DNA of 64,000 bases from Eledone cirrhosa (lineage: Eukaryota): assembly GCA_964016885.1 (NCBI GenBank), contig OZ024740.1:39866001-39930000 (forward strand), given 5' to 3'. A model generated the notes under the pieces. It did not search any database and was not told the DNA's origin. It was given only the letters and a program-made list of their open reading frames with translations. The translations under genes and the position numbers were made by a program. Below, piece by piece: positions 9,881 through 22,481 of the stretch (position 1 is the stretch's first letter; the number at the start of each line of letters is the position of its first letter).

Positions 9881-12434
9881 CAGTAAGGTGGAGGAGTCAA
9901 TTAAGGCCAAAAAGCAGGCTTGGAAAGTATGGCGGGATGGGGGAAGTAGAGAAGACTATCAAGTGGCCAGGAGGGAAGCTAGGAGACAAGTGTACTTCGC
10001 AAGAAGGGAAGCAGAGGAAAGAAAGTTCAAGCATGTTCTACAACGTGAGGACCAAAAACGTGAGGTGTTCAGGATTGCCAGGCAATGTGTCAAGGAAAAC
10101 CGTGATATTGTCGGGGAGAAGTGTGTACTTAACGATGATGGCATACTTGCCATCACCGACGCTGATAAGAAGGTAGCTTGGAAGTGTCACTACGAAAGGC
10201 TTCTAAATGAGGAGAACAAATGGGAGAAAGACAGTCTCCCCCAGATCGATCCAATAGAGGGACCAGCAGTGTTAGTTGAAGGTAGTATAATAAGTAAGGC
10301 AATCAAAGATATGAAGACGGGTAAGGCGGCTGGGCCTTCGGAAATAGTTGCTGAGATGCTGAAGGCATCTGGTTCGGTGGGACACACCATGGTCACCCGG
10401 ATAGTTAACCAAGTCATACAGAATGGGGTTGTTCCGAAGGACTGGCGTAGCAGCATCATCGTTAACTGCTATAAGGGAAAAGGAGATGCCCTAGATAGGA
10501 GTAACTATAGAGGCATTAAATTAATCGACCAGGTCATGAAGGTCACGGAAAAAGTAATAGCGCAACTAATCAGAGAGAGAATTGATCTAGATGAAATGCA
10601 GTTCGGGTTTGTGTCAGGCAAAAGTACCACAGACGCTCTTTTCATTGTACGACAACTACAGGAGAAGTACCTAGCTAAAAGTAAACCCCTATACTTAGCT
10701 TTCGTCGACTTGGAGAATGCCTTCGACAGAGTCCCCCGTTCCATTATCTGGTGATCTCTTAGAAAACTAGGTGTTGACGAATGGCTTGTGAGAGCTATAC
10801 AAGCCATGTATAAAGAAACAGTCAGTAAGGTTAGAATTAACAACGAATATAGTGAAGAGTTTAGCGTAAAAGTTGGTGTCCATCAGGGCTCTGTTCTTAG
10901 CCCCCTACTATTTATTATTGCCCTTCAGGCTATAACAGAGGAGTTCAAGACCGGCTGCCCATGGGAACTCCTATACGCAGACGATCTAACGCTCATAGCT
11001 GAATCAATGACCGAACTAGAGAAGAAATTCCAAACATGGAAGCACGGCCTAGAATCAAAAGGCCTTAAAATTAACCTGGCTAAGACTAAAGTTCTAGTTT
11101 GTAGGAAAGAAAATAAGGCGGCGGTCCCATCTGGGAAATGGCCATGCTCAGTGTGTAGGAAAGGCGTAGGTAGAAACTCCATTTTATGTCCCAAATGCAA
11201 AGTATGGGTGCATAAAAGATGTAGTTGGATCACAGGTAAGCTAACTAAGAACATAGATTTTACATGTGGCCGGTGCTCTGGTGCAATAAGTAGCAGCAAG
11301 TGCCCACAAAATACTAGCTCCTTCAACTGCGCAGAGGGTTCTATAGAAATAGTGGACAGCTTCCGTTATCTGGGTGACAAAATCAGCAGTGGGGGAGGGT
11401 GCTCTGAAAGTACAGTAGCTAGAGTCAGAACTGGATGGAAAAAGTTCAGAGAGCTTATACCACTATTAGCCGCTAGAGGGTTCTCCCTAAAAATGAAAGG
11501 CAGGTTATACGATGCCTGCATACGAACAGCAATGCTGCATGGCAGTGAGACCTGGGCATTGTGTGCAGAGGATATACGCAGACTAGAGGAACGAAGCTTG
11601 CATGCTCCGCTGGATGTGCAATAGTAATATACGTGAACGGCAAAGCATAAACGAACTAAGGAAAAAAGAAATAAGAGGGATCAGATGTTGTTTACTCGAG
11701 AGAAGGCTACGTTGGTACGGTCACGTGATGCGCATGAAAGACGACAGCTGTATAACAAAGTGCAGGGCAATAAAGATAAACGGTAGCCACGGAGTAGGCA
11801 GACCGAGAAAAACATGGGACGAGCTGATAAATTCCGACCTCACACGCTTACACCTCTCCAAGACAATGTCACTGGACCGAGACCTTTGGCGGTACTCAGT
11901 AATAGAGAAGACCCGCCTTACCTAAATACAAAGTAAAAACCTACTACAGTCAGTAGGCATCTCTATCAAAACACACCCCCGTCCCACCACCTCCACCCCA
12001 CCCCCACCGCCCCTTTCAATGTAAAGTAATGTTGGTCCCACAACATCCAGGCCGAAACAAATGAGATCGTGTAGGTGTCACGACAAAAAACACACAGTCC
12101 ACGCTGTAAATGTGGCCGTGTAGGCAACACGGTAAAAACCTCCCAGCCCCACACTGTAAATGTGGTTGGTGTTAGGAAGGGCATCCAGCTGTAGAAAACC
12201 CGCCAGACAGTCCACGCTGTAATGTGGCTGTGTAGGCAACACAGTAAAAACCTCCCAGCCCCACACTGTAAATGTGGTTGGTGTTAGGAAGGGCATCCAA
12301 CTGTAGAAAACCCGCCAGACAGTCCTATGCGAGCAAGACAACCACTCTTGCCTCAAGTGGGAAAACCCCCGTCCAAACCCATGCAAGCGTGGAACACGGA
12401 CGCTAAACCTGATGATGATGATGATGATGATGAT
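9881..12434 (+). mobile_element. 5'-truncated RTE-clade LINE (RT ORF with one stop and a frameshift)
   Basis: RT motifs NYRGIKL, QFGF, AFVDLENAFDRV, GVHQGSVLSPLLF, LLYADD and YLG. Premature TGA at 10752. (GAT)n tail at about 12411-12434. It interrupts a short TTTCAGACATC..ATAACAGATATA tandem repeat. Confidence 0.95.
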
Positions 12435-12559
12435 CGCTATAACAGATATATTTCAAACATCAATACAACAGATATATTTCAGGTAATTAGGATTTAGTAG
12501 TGGGTGGAAGTCATCCTGGATAGTGGGGTGAGGGTGTTAAGTTAAGAATAGCCCCTATT

Positions 12560-12920
12560 TTTTCTAGCACACTGTCTCACAATCTAGAAAATGTCATGTA
12601 TCTGATCCTCATGTATCGCATGTATCTCATCCTCATCACATTGAACATGTGCAAACTTTTTTTCTACTTCTCTTGTTAGATATTATTGGTGTCTGGCATC
12701 TCTTGTAGCTATCTGGTATTGCTTTCTGTTTCCTCCTTTCCTCCAATTTTCCCAGGCTTATCTTTTTATTTTTGTGGCTCTATCTCCCCTCTCATTCCAC
12801 CACTACATTGCCTCCCATTTTGCTCCAGACACAAACCTGGTCTGTGGCTTTCAATAGGTTGTCTTGTAGGAATTCCCAAATTTTTTCCAGACTGTTGGTC
12901 TCCAACTCCTCTTTCTTAAA
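12560..12920 (-). mobile_element. Old RTE fragment (linker region)
   Basis: Resembles 34480-34740 and the RTE region around WKFLQDNLLKA…WW; heavily decayed. Confidence 0.4.
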
Positions 12921-13179
12921 TAAACTAATTTAATACATCAATTATGTAATTAGATAAAATAAAACATTAAATATACTTTGAGCCCAGTACTGCATCTCCT
13001 GCCTTTCATTTCCTCCTCCATCATCTTTAGCCATCTTTTTCTTGGTCTTCCTCTCCTCTATTTCCTTCCACATTCATTTCCATCACTCCTCTCACCCAGT
13101 TACTTTTATCCTTCTTCAACAGAAGTTTTTAAAAATTCAAATGAATAACAAAAGTCATTTTTTTTCTTTAATAATGTAA

Positions 13180-13190
13180 TTTATTTTATT
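13180..13190 (-). promoter_or_regulatory. Candidate polyadenylation signals of BRAP (two overlapping AATAAA)
   Basis: TTTATTTTATT on plus, about 200 nt downstream of the BRAP stop. The region is AT-rich, so a chance match is possible. Confidence 0.45.
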
Positions 13191-13385
13191 GATAATATTT
13201 TAGTCTTTAATACATTATAATAAACTTAGCTACAAAGCTTTGCAAGATATTTTTCAATAATATTTTAAAAAATGAAATTATAATAGACAACATTGAATTG
13301 CTTGGGTTGGAATATTTAGATAAATCTTTAATTTTTAATATACAGTGAATCCGTTTTGTTAATATAAGCATTGGTAAGTTTAATA

Positions 13386-13583
13386 TCAATGCTTTCTTTG
13401 TCTGCTGCGGCGAGAATTATTTCCTAAAGCAGAACTAGAGTTTCTTGAAGCACCAACAATCACCTGCCCTCCTTGTATTTCTTCTTGGGATATTTCCTCA
13501 AGACCATCTTGTTGAGAAAGCTTCTGTTGGGCCTCCAAGTGAAACATCATATCACGCAACTGCTCTTGTAACTCCTGAATTTC
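13386..13583 (-). CDS. BRAP: BRAP terminal coding exon
   Basis: AG acceptor at 13585-13584. Translates EIQELQEQLRDMMFHLEAQQKLSQQDGLEEISQEEIQGGQVIVGASRNSSSALGNNSRRSRQRKH*, matching the BRAP C-terminus (EQLRDVMFYLETQQK…basic tail). Confidence 0.92.
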   Translation of the reverse strand, partial: EIQELQEQLRDMMFHLEAQQKLSQQDGLEEISQEEIQGGQVIVGASRNSSSALGNNSRRSRQRKH

Positions 13584-13779
13584 CTGAACAATAACAAAAA
13601 AGAATTATTTTAAAACAAGAATGACATCCTTTTTAAAAAAAAAAAGGAAATATTTTATATCCATCAAAAGTGTGATGGTACAGGGCATTGAAACATAATA
13701 GGGGTGGGAAGGGTTCTTAGAAGAAAACCAATTAAGAAATAGAATGAAATGAGCTGAGAGTTAATATCAAGATGAACAC

Positions 13780-14155
13780 TTGTACCTGTCTATAGAGTAT
13801 TAATGATATATTGATTACCTGTACATGTCTATAGAGGGTTAATGATATATTGATTACCTGCATCTGTCTATAAAGTGTTAACAATATATTAAAATGTACA
13901 CCTGTATTTGCCTATAGAGGGTTAATGATATATTGATTACCTGCATCTGTCTATAAAGGGTTAACAATATATTAAAATGTACACCCGTAGTTGCCTATAG
14001 AGGGTTAATGATATATTGATTACCTGTACCTGTCTATAAAGGGTTAACGATATATTAAGATGAACACCTGTATCTGTCTATAGAGGGTTAATGATATATT
14101 AAAATGCTCACCTGTACCTGTAATGGTATATTAAGTTGGTTACCTGTACCTGTCT
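13780..14155. repeat. ~40-bp degenerate minisatellite
   Basis: CCTGTACCTGTCTATAGAGGGTTAATGATATATT repeated about 9 times. Confidence 0.85.
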
Positions 14156-14869
14156 TTAAAAAAATAATGAAACCCCAAAGTGATCAATAATAAAAAAGAT
14201 TAGAAGTAAACATTGTGGTGAAAAATGTTCCTCCAGAAGATGTCTTTAGTTTAACAAGATATTACAACTAAAACAGAACACAAGAAATATTTTGGTATTA
14301 ATATTTCACTTATACAACTGTCTACACAATCACATCATTAAAACCATATATTAAAATTAATAAAAATTTTTTGTCATTTTTGACATGGTTTTAAAGTAAT
14401 TAGGCAATAATTTTCAGAAATCATTATTGTATATCAATCCCGTTGAGGTTAACTTTGCCTTTCATCCTTATGAGGTCGATAAAATAAAGTACCAGTAATA
14501 CACTGGCTAATTGCTGGCCTTGTGCCAAAAGTAGAAACAATTATTGTATATCAATCTTTATATGCTAACAAAAGAATATTTGAATGACTAAATGTTGTTA
14601 TAATTTTATAGTGTTCTTTGATGAAAAGTATGTTGTTAGAAAATTAGAATTATACTTAAAATATCCCTGTTAATAGATTAATATATTTTACATAAAAGTA
14701 AAATTGAATGACCTTGAAAACAATCTTTTGTTTTAATAAAAAGGCAGGCCAAGTTAATATTTTAAAATGAACATAAGAATACCAGCAAAGACAAATACCA
14801 AAGTAAATCCAAAAAATATACATAAGAGGAATTGATTAACAATTCTGTGATAGGTTTGTGGTTGAGCAT

Positions 14870-15040
14870 GTAGTAGTGGAGACTTATGGTGTTCTTGGCC
14901 CCCACCAGACCACATCCCTACTCAGTGCTGTTGGGGTGGAGCCGGCTACCCCACAAGATGGAGTAGCTGTTCCAGCACTTCTCCCTTGCCATCTTCCAGG
15001 GTAATGTCTTTTCTATCCTGTCCGCCAAGACGACAGGGTG
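14870..15040 (+). mobile_element. Decayed CRE-like non-LTR retrotransposon 3' fragment
   Basis: DNA similarity to 23850-24015 (GTGGAGACT..GGTGT.CT.GGCCC; CTCCCTTGCCATC..GG.AA.G.CTT.TCTAT.CTGTCCGCC). Confidence 0.6.
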
Positions 15041-15434
15041 GATTAACCCTTAAACAATGAGTAGCAAGTACAGATCACACAAACACACAGCTTTTCAGTT
15101 GTCAGTTATTTTTAAAATTGAGTTGAAAGAGACATAGATATGCAGGAGGTGGCCTGCGTTTGTTTCATTTTGTGCAGTGAGTAAAAACTTGTGCATAAGT
15201 CTGAAGTCTTTACACTGTCTTGGTAACATAATCACTTATCTAAAGTTTAGATAAAATATAAACACAACTAGAACTGTTATTCAAAATATTAACCATTGCA
15301 GTTGATAAGTTACAAATAGAAGTTTATAGTTTGTTTAGACTTAGATTAACAGAAATTTTAAATTAAAAAGAAATTTGATACTATTTATGGAATAAACCAA
15401 AATAAAGCAGTCTGGAATAAAACTGAAACTTGTA

Positions 15435-15612
15435 GCTGTGACAAGCAGTTAAGACTCCCGAGATGGGAGAGTAGTTGTGACAAGTGATTAAGACTCCCGA
15501 GATGGGAGAGTAGTTGTGACAAGTGATTAAGACTCCTCAGATGGAAGAGTAGTTGTGACAAGTAGTTAAGACATACATTTATATTCCTGAGATGGGAGAG
15601 TAACTGTGACAA
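15435..15612. repeat. 39-bp tandem repeat (~4 copies)
   Basis: GTGACAAGTGATTAAGACTCCCGAGATGGGAGAGTAGTT. Confidence 0.85.
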
Positions 15613-15669
15613 AAGGGTTAAACAGAACAGAGTAGTAACAGAAATACCTGCTCATAAGTTATGAATTTC

Positions 15670-18600
15670 TATCTGTTGTGTTTGTTTTGTTGTGTTGTCT
15701 GTTGCTAAATCTGTTGTAGTTGTTTTGTTGTGTTGTCTGGGTTAAATCTGTTGTGTTTGTTTTGTTGTGTTGTCTGGGTTAAATCTGTTGTAGTTGTTTT
15801 GTTGTGTTGTCTGGGTTAAATCTGTTGTAGTTGTTTTGTTGTGTTGTCTGTTGTAGTTGTTTTGTTGTGTTGTCTGTTGTAGTTGTTTTGTTGTGTTGTC
15901 TGGGTTAAATCTGTTGTAGTTGTTTTGTTGTGTTGTCTGGGTTAAATCTGTTGTAGTTGTTTTGTTGTGTTGTCTGTTGTAGTTGTTTTGTTGTGTTGTC
16001 TGGGCTAAATCTGTTGTAGTTGTTTTGTTGTGTTGTCTGGGTTAAATCTGTTGTAGTTGTTTTGTTGTGTTGTCTGGGCTAAATCTGTTGTAGTTGTTTT
16101 GTTGTGTTGTATGTTGCTAAATCTGTTGTAGTTCTTTTGTTGTGTTGTCTGGGCTAAATCTGTTGTAGTTGTTTTGTTGTGTTGTCTGGGTTAAATCTGT
16201 TGTAGTTGTTTTGTTGTGTTGTCTGGGTTAAATCTGTTGTAGTTCTTTTGTTGTGTTGTCTGTTGTAGTTGTTTTGTTGTGTTGTCTGGGCTAAATCTGT
16301 TGTAGTTCTTTTGTTGTGTTGTCTGTTGTAGTTGTTTTGTTGTGTTGTATGTTGCTAAATCTGTTGTAGTTCTTTTGTTGTGTTGTCTGGGCTAAATCTG
16401 TTGTAGTTGTTTTGTTGTGTTGTATGTTGCTAAATCTGTTGTAGTTGTTTTGTTGTGTTGTCTGGGTTAAATCTGCTGTAGGTGTTTTGTTGTGTTGTCT
16501 GGGCTAAATCTGTTGTAGTTGTTTTGTTGTGTTGTCTGGGTTAAATCTGTTGTAGTTGTTTTGTTGTGTTGTATGTTGCTAAATCTGTTGTAGTTGTTTT
16601 GTTGTGTTGTCTGGGTTAAATCTGCTGTAGGTGTTTTGTTGTGTTGTCTGGGCTAAATCTGTTGTAGTTGTTTTGTTGTGTTGTCTGGGTTAAATCTGTT
16701 GTAGTTGTTTTGTTGTGTTGTCTGGGTTAAATCTGTTGTAGTTGTTTTGTTGTGTTGTCTGTTGTAGTTGTTTTGTTGTGTTGTCTGTTGTAGTTGTTTT
16801 GTTGTGTTGTCTGGGTTAAATCTGTTGTAGTTGTTTTGTTGTGTTGTCTGGGTTAAATCTGTTGTAGTTGTTTTGTTGTGTTGTCTGTTGTAGTTGTTTT
16901 GTTGTGTTGTCTGGGCTAAATCTGTTGTAGTTGTTTTGTTGTGTTGTCTGGGTTAAATCTGTTGTAGTTGTTTTGTTGTGTTGTCTGGGCTAAATCTGTT
17001 GTAGTTGTTTTGTTGTGTTGTATGTTGCTAAATCTGTTGTAGTTCTTTTGTTGTGTTGTCTGGGCTAAATCTGTTGTAGTTGTTTTGTTGTGTTGTCTGG
17101 GTTAAATCTGTTGTAGTTGTTTTGTTGTGTTGTCTGGGTTAAATCTGTTGTAGTTGTTTTGTTGTGTTGTATGTTGCTAAATCTGTTGTAGTTCTTTTGT
17201 TGTGTTGTCTGGGCTAAATCTGTTGTAGTTGTTTTGTTGTGTTGTCTGGGTTAAATCTGTTGTAGTTGTTTTGTTGTGTTGTCTGGGTTAAATCTGTTGT
17301 AGTTCTTTTGTTGTGTTGTCTGTTGTAGTTGTTTTGTTGTGTTGTCTGGGCTAAATCTGTTGTAGTTCTTTTGTTGTGTTGTCTGTTGTAGTTGTTTTGT
17401 TGTGTTGTATGTTGCTAAATCTGTTGTAGTTCTTTTGTTGTGTTGTCTGGGCTAAATCTGTTGTAGTTGTTTTGTTGTGTTGTATGTTGCTAAATCTGTT
17501 GTAGTTGTTTTGTTGTGTTGTCTGGGTTAAATCTGCTGTAGGTGTTTTGTTGTGTTGTCTGGGCTAAATCTGTTGTAGTTGTTTTGTTGTGTTGTCTGGG
17601 TTAAATCTGTTGTAGTTGTTTTGTTGTGTTGTATGTTGCTAAATCTGTTGTAGTTGTTTTGTTGTGTTGTCTGGGCTAAATCTGTTGTAGTTGTTTTGTT
17701 GTGTTGTATGTTGCTAAATCTGTTGTAGTTCTTTTGTTGTGTTGTCTGGGCTAAATCTGTTGTAGTTGTTTTGTTGTGTTGTATGTTGCTAAATCTGTTG
17801 TAGTTGTTTTGTTGTGTTGTCTGGGTTAAATCTGCTGTAGGTGTTTTGTTGTGTTGTCTGGGCTAAATCTGTTGTAGTTGTTTTGTTGTGTTGTCTGGGC
17901 TAAATCTGTTGTAGTTGTTTTGTTGTGTTGTATGTTGCTAAATCTGTTGTAGTTGTTTTGTTGTGTTGTCTGGGTTAAATCTGCTGTAGGTGTTTTGTTG
18001 TGTTGTCTGGGCTAAATCTGTTGTAGTTGTTTTGTTGTGTTGTCTGGGTTAAATCTGTTGTAGTTGTTTTGTTGTGTTGTCTGGGTTAAATCTGTTGTAG
18101 TTGTTTTGTTGTGTTGTCTGTTGTAGTTGTTTTGTTGTGTTGTCTGTTGTAGTTGTTTTGTTGTGTTGTCTGGGTTAAATCTGTTGTAGTTGTTTTGTTG
18201 TGTTGTCTGGGTTAAATCTGTTGTAGTTGTTTTGTTGTGTTGTCTGTTGTAGTTGTTTTGTTGTGTTGTCTGGGCTAAATCTGTTGTAGTTGTTTTGTTG
18301 TGTTGTCTGGGTTAAATCTGTTGTAGTTGTTTTGTTGTGTTGTCTGGGCTAAATCTGTTGTAGTTGTTTTGTTGTGTTGTATGTTGCTAAATCTGTTGTA
18401 GTTCTTTTGTTGTGTTGTCTGGGCTAAATCTGTTGTAGTTGTTTTGTTGTGTTGTCTGGGTTAAATCTGTTGTAGTTGTTTTGTTGTGTTGTCTGGGTTA
18501 AATCTGTTGTAGTTCTTTTGTTGTGTTGTCTGTTGTAGTTGTTTTGTTGTGTTGTCTGGGCTAAACCTGTTGTAGTTCTTTTGTTGTGTTGTCTGTTGTA

Positions 18601-20268
18601 GTTGTTTTGTTGTGTTGTATGTTGCTAAATCTGTTGTAGTTCTTTTGTTGTGTTGTCTGGGCTAAATCTGTTGTAGTTGTTTTGTTGTGTTGTATGTTGC
18701 TAAATCTGTTGTAGTTGTTTTGTTGTGTTGTCTGGGTTAAATCTGCTGTAGGTGTTTTGTTGTGTTGTCTGGGCTAAATCTGTTGTAGTTGTTTTGTTGT
18801 GTTGTCTGGGTTAAATCTGTTGTAGTTGTTTTGTTGTGTTGTCTGGGCTAAATCTGTTGTAGTTGTTTTGTTGTGTTGTATGTTGCTAAATCTGTTGTAG
18901 TTCTTTTGTTGTGTTGTCTGGGCTAAATCTGTTGTAGTTGTTTTGTTGTGTTGTATGTTGCTAAATCTGTTGTAGTTGTTTTGTTGTGTTGTCTGGGTTA
19001 AATCTGCTGTAGGTGTTTTGTTGTGTTGTCTGGGCTAAATCTGTTGTAGTTGTTTTGTTGTGTTGTCTGGGCTAAATCTGTTGTAGTTGTTTTGTTGTGT
19101 TGTATGTTGCTAAATCTGTTGTAGTTCTTTTGTTGTGTTGTCTGGGCTAAATCTGTTGTAGTTGTTTTGTTGTGTTGTATGTTGCTAAATCTGTTGTAGT
19201 TGTTTTGTTGTGTTGTCTGGGCTAAATCTGTTGTAGTTGTTTTGTTGTGTTGTCTGGGCTAAATCTGTTGTAGTTGTTTTGTTGTGTTGTATGTTGCTAA
19301 ATCTGTTGTAGTTGTTTTGTTGTGTTGTCTGGGCTAAATCTGTTGTAGTTGTTTTGTTGTGTTGTATGTTGCTAAATCTGTTGTAGTTCTTTTGTTGTGT
19401 TGTCTGGGCTAAATCTGTTGTAGTTGTTTTGTTGTGTTGTATGTTGCTAAATCTGTTGTAGTTCTTTTGTTGTGTTGTCTGGGCTAAATCTGTTGTAGTT
19501 GTTTTGTTGTGTTGTATGTTGCTAAATCTGTTGTAGTTGTTTTGTTGTGTTGTCTGGGTTAAATCTGCTGTAGGTGTTTTGTTGTGTTGTCTGGGCTAAA
19601 TCTGTTGTAGTTGTTTTGTTGTGTTGTCTGGGCTAAATCTGTTGTAGTTGTTTTGTTGTGTTGTATGTTGCTAAATCTGTTGTAGTTCTTTTGTTGTGTT
19701 GTCTGGGCTAAATCTGTTGTAGTTGTTTTGTTGTGTTGTCTGGGCTAAATCTGTTGTAGTTGTTTTGTTGTGTTGTATGTTGCTAAATCTCTTGTAGATG
19801 TTTTGTTGTGTTGTCTGGGTTAAATCTGCTGTAGGTGTTTTGTTGTGTTGTCTGGGCTAAATCTGTTGTAGTTGTTTTGTTGTGTTGTCTGGGCTAAATC
19901 TGTTGTAGTTGTTTTGTTGTGTTGTATGTTGCTAAATCTCTTGTAGTTGTTTTGTTGTGTTGTCTGGGTTAAATCTGCTGTAGGTGTTTTGTTGTGTTGT
20001 CTGGGCTAAATCTGTTGTAGTTGTTTTGTTGTGTTGTCTGGGTTAAATCTGTTGTAATTGTTTTGTTGTGTTGTCTGGGCTAAATCTGTTGTAGTTGTTT
20101 TGTTGTGTTGTCTGGGTTAAATCTGTTGTAGTTGTTTTGTTGTGTTGTCTGGGTTAAATCTGCTGTAGTCGTTTTGTTGTATTGTCTGGGCTAAATCTGG
20201 TGTAGTTGTTTTGTTGTGTTGTCTGGGCTAAATCTGTTGTGTTTGTTTTGTTGTGTTGTCTGGGCTAA
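15670..20268. repeat. GT-rich minisatellite with 37/38/26-bp unit variants, in the last BRAP intron
   Basis: AAATCTGTTGTAGTTGTTTTGTTGTGTTGTCTGGG(C/T)T, with ATGTTGCT and truncated variants, spanning about 4.6 kb. Confidence 0.97.
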
Positions 20269-20419
20269 TCACGTTATTTAAAATTACTTTAGTATACCTA
20301 GCAACATGGAAATGTTATCAGTGATACACAGACATCTAACTACTGAAACATTTAGCTCACACATATTTCTTGTCAGAAAAGAACAGCCATACAACAGGTG
20401 GATTTTTTTTTTTCATTTA

Positions 20420-20930
20420 TCATGGTTATACTGGGGCACTGCTCCTTTACTGTGGCCATAGTGGGGCACTGCTATATTTACTGTAGCCATACTGGAGCAC
20501 TGCTATATTTACAGTGGCCATACTGGGGCACTGTTCGTTTACTGTGGCCATACTGGGGCACCTTTCTTTTACTGTGGCCATACTCGAGCACTGTTGTCTT
20601 TACTGTGGTCATACTGGGGTACTGTTGTCTTTACTGTGGCGATACTGGGGCAATGTCGTCTTTACTGTGGCCATACTGGGGCAATGTCATCTTTACTGTG
20701 GCCATACTGGGGCAGTGTTCCTTTACTGTAGCCTTACTGGGGCACTGCTATATTTACAGTGGCCATACTGGGGCACTGTTGTCTTTACAGTGGCCATACT
20801 GGGGCACTGTTGTCTTTACTGTGGCCATACTGGGGCATTGTTGTCTTTACTGTGACCATACTGAGGCACTGTCCCTTTACAGTGGCCATACTGGGGCACT
20901 GTCCCTTTACAGTGGCCATACTGGGGCTCT
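20420..20930. repeat. ~31-32-bp minisatellite
   Basis: CTTTACTGTGGCCATACTGGGGCACTGTTGT, about 16 copies. Confidence 0.9.
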
Positions 20931-21261
20931 TATCTATGTTGGCATCGGCTGGATGAGGCATTTTTTAAGGTAGTATTTTATGGGTGGAAGCCTTTTTTGG
21001 TGACAACCCTTATTTGTTGTTTAAATAAAGTACTGATCTTCACACAGCAAATTAAGCAGTGAATCAAAAACACATGTACACACACACACACACGCACACA
21101 TGCATACACACATATATATAGCTATAGATAGATAGGTAGATAGATAGATAAGTAGGTAGTTAGACAGATATAGAATAATATAGGTATGTGTTCTAATCAT
21201 ATAAACATATAATAAATATATATACATACACACAAACATACATATATATATATATACCTCT

Positions 21262-21602
21262 CAAAGGCGATGACACATGACCGTGACCTCTGGCATCACG
21301 TAGTAATACAGAAGACCTGATCCCCCACGGGTACAAGCCGAAACTGAGGCATATAGACAATATGCCGCCATCCCCTCCCACTGCAAAGTGGTCGTGGAGG
21401 TGCCACGGCAAAAAAGCACCCAGCACTCACTGTATATGAGGTTGGTGTTAGGAAGGGCATCCAGCTGTAGAAATCAAGCCAAAATCAGTTCCCATATGAG
21501 CAAGATATGGTCAGCCGACCGGCTACTGTCCACAACAGGACAACCCGTCTAACCCATGCTAGCGTGGAAGAACGGACGTAAAACGGTAATGATGATGATG
21601 AT
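21262..21602 (+). mobile_element. SINE-like element with RTE-type tail
   Basis: Near-identical to 28772-29157 (CAAAGGCGATGACACATGACCGTGACC…GTTGGTGTTAGGAAGGGCATCCAGCTGTAGAAA…(TGA)n). Confidence 0.85.
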
Positions 21603-21606
21603 ATAT

Positions 21607-22150
21607 ATCATCATCATCACTGTTTAATGTCAATTTTTCCATGCTTAGATGGGTTTGACAGGTCGTCCACGCAGGAAGCAAGTCTGGCCAGGGTTGGCCA
21701 TGTGTCACACCTTGCTTCAGCAAGGACTGTAAATTTGTCTGGATATTTTACAGCTAGATGCCCTTCCTAACACCAATGACTTTTACAGTGTGGAACTGGA
21801 TGACTCCGTTATGAGGAAGGACAGGCCAGTTGGCCCTGCTGAACCCATCTTACAACGGATCCATATTTTTGGAGACCAACCCATCACACAGTGGAACTAT
21901 AGTATTGGAGCCTGGTACTGGATGGCACTGATACGAGGAGCCTAACCCATCTCACAGCGTAGCTACAGTTTGGGGGCCCAGTACTGGGTGGGACCGCAAT
22001 GGGGTGGCCAGTCAGCTGCGCAAAACCTATCACACAAGTTTATCACAATTTTGGGACCCATTTGGGATGACGGCGCTATGAGGAGAGACAGGTGCGGAAC
22101 CAGAGTTTAGGAGCCTGGCATTGGATGGTACTACTATGAGGTGGACCCTC
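21607..22150 (-). mobile_element. Related retroposon, tail-to-tail with 21262, with internal degenerate repeats
   Basis: (ATC)n tail, GATGCCCTTCCTAACACCAA, then repeated AACCCATC(T)CACA…GGAACTA blocks. Confidence 0.55.
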
Positions 22151-22197
22151 AATTCAAGTGTTGGATGCCGCAAGGGCTGGGTGTTTCCATCGTGACC

Positions 22198-22481
22198 TTC
22201 ATCATCATCATCACCGTTTTATGTCCGTTCTTCCATGCTAGCACGGGTTAGACGGGTTGTCCTGTTGTGGGCAGTGTCCAGTCAGCTGACCTAGTCTTGC
22301 TCATACGGGAACTGATTCTAGCTTGATTTCTACAGCTGGATGCCCTTCCTAATACCAACCTCATTTACAGTGAGTGCTGGGTGCTTTTTTGCCGTGGCAC
22401 CTCCACGACCACTTTGCAGTGGAATGATATGGACCCCAGTCCCTATCATCTCATTTCTACAGCTGAGTAAACTGGAGCAAA
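22198..22481 (-). mobile_element. 5'-truncated composite SINE (same type as 47357)
   Basis: Reverse complement of the 21380-21600 body, plus the hairpin linker and the CTCCAGTTTACTCAGCTG segment. Confidence 0.8.

Noticed and set aside
15670-20268. Telomeric repeat (GGGTTA present in some units)
   Set aside because: Only isolated GGGTTA hexamers inside a longer unit; no tandem TTAGGG.
20398-20973. Cys/His/Trp-rich ORFs
   Set aside because: Translations of a 31-32-bp minisatellite.
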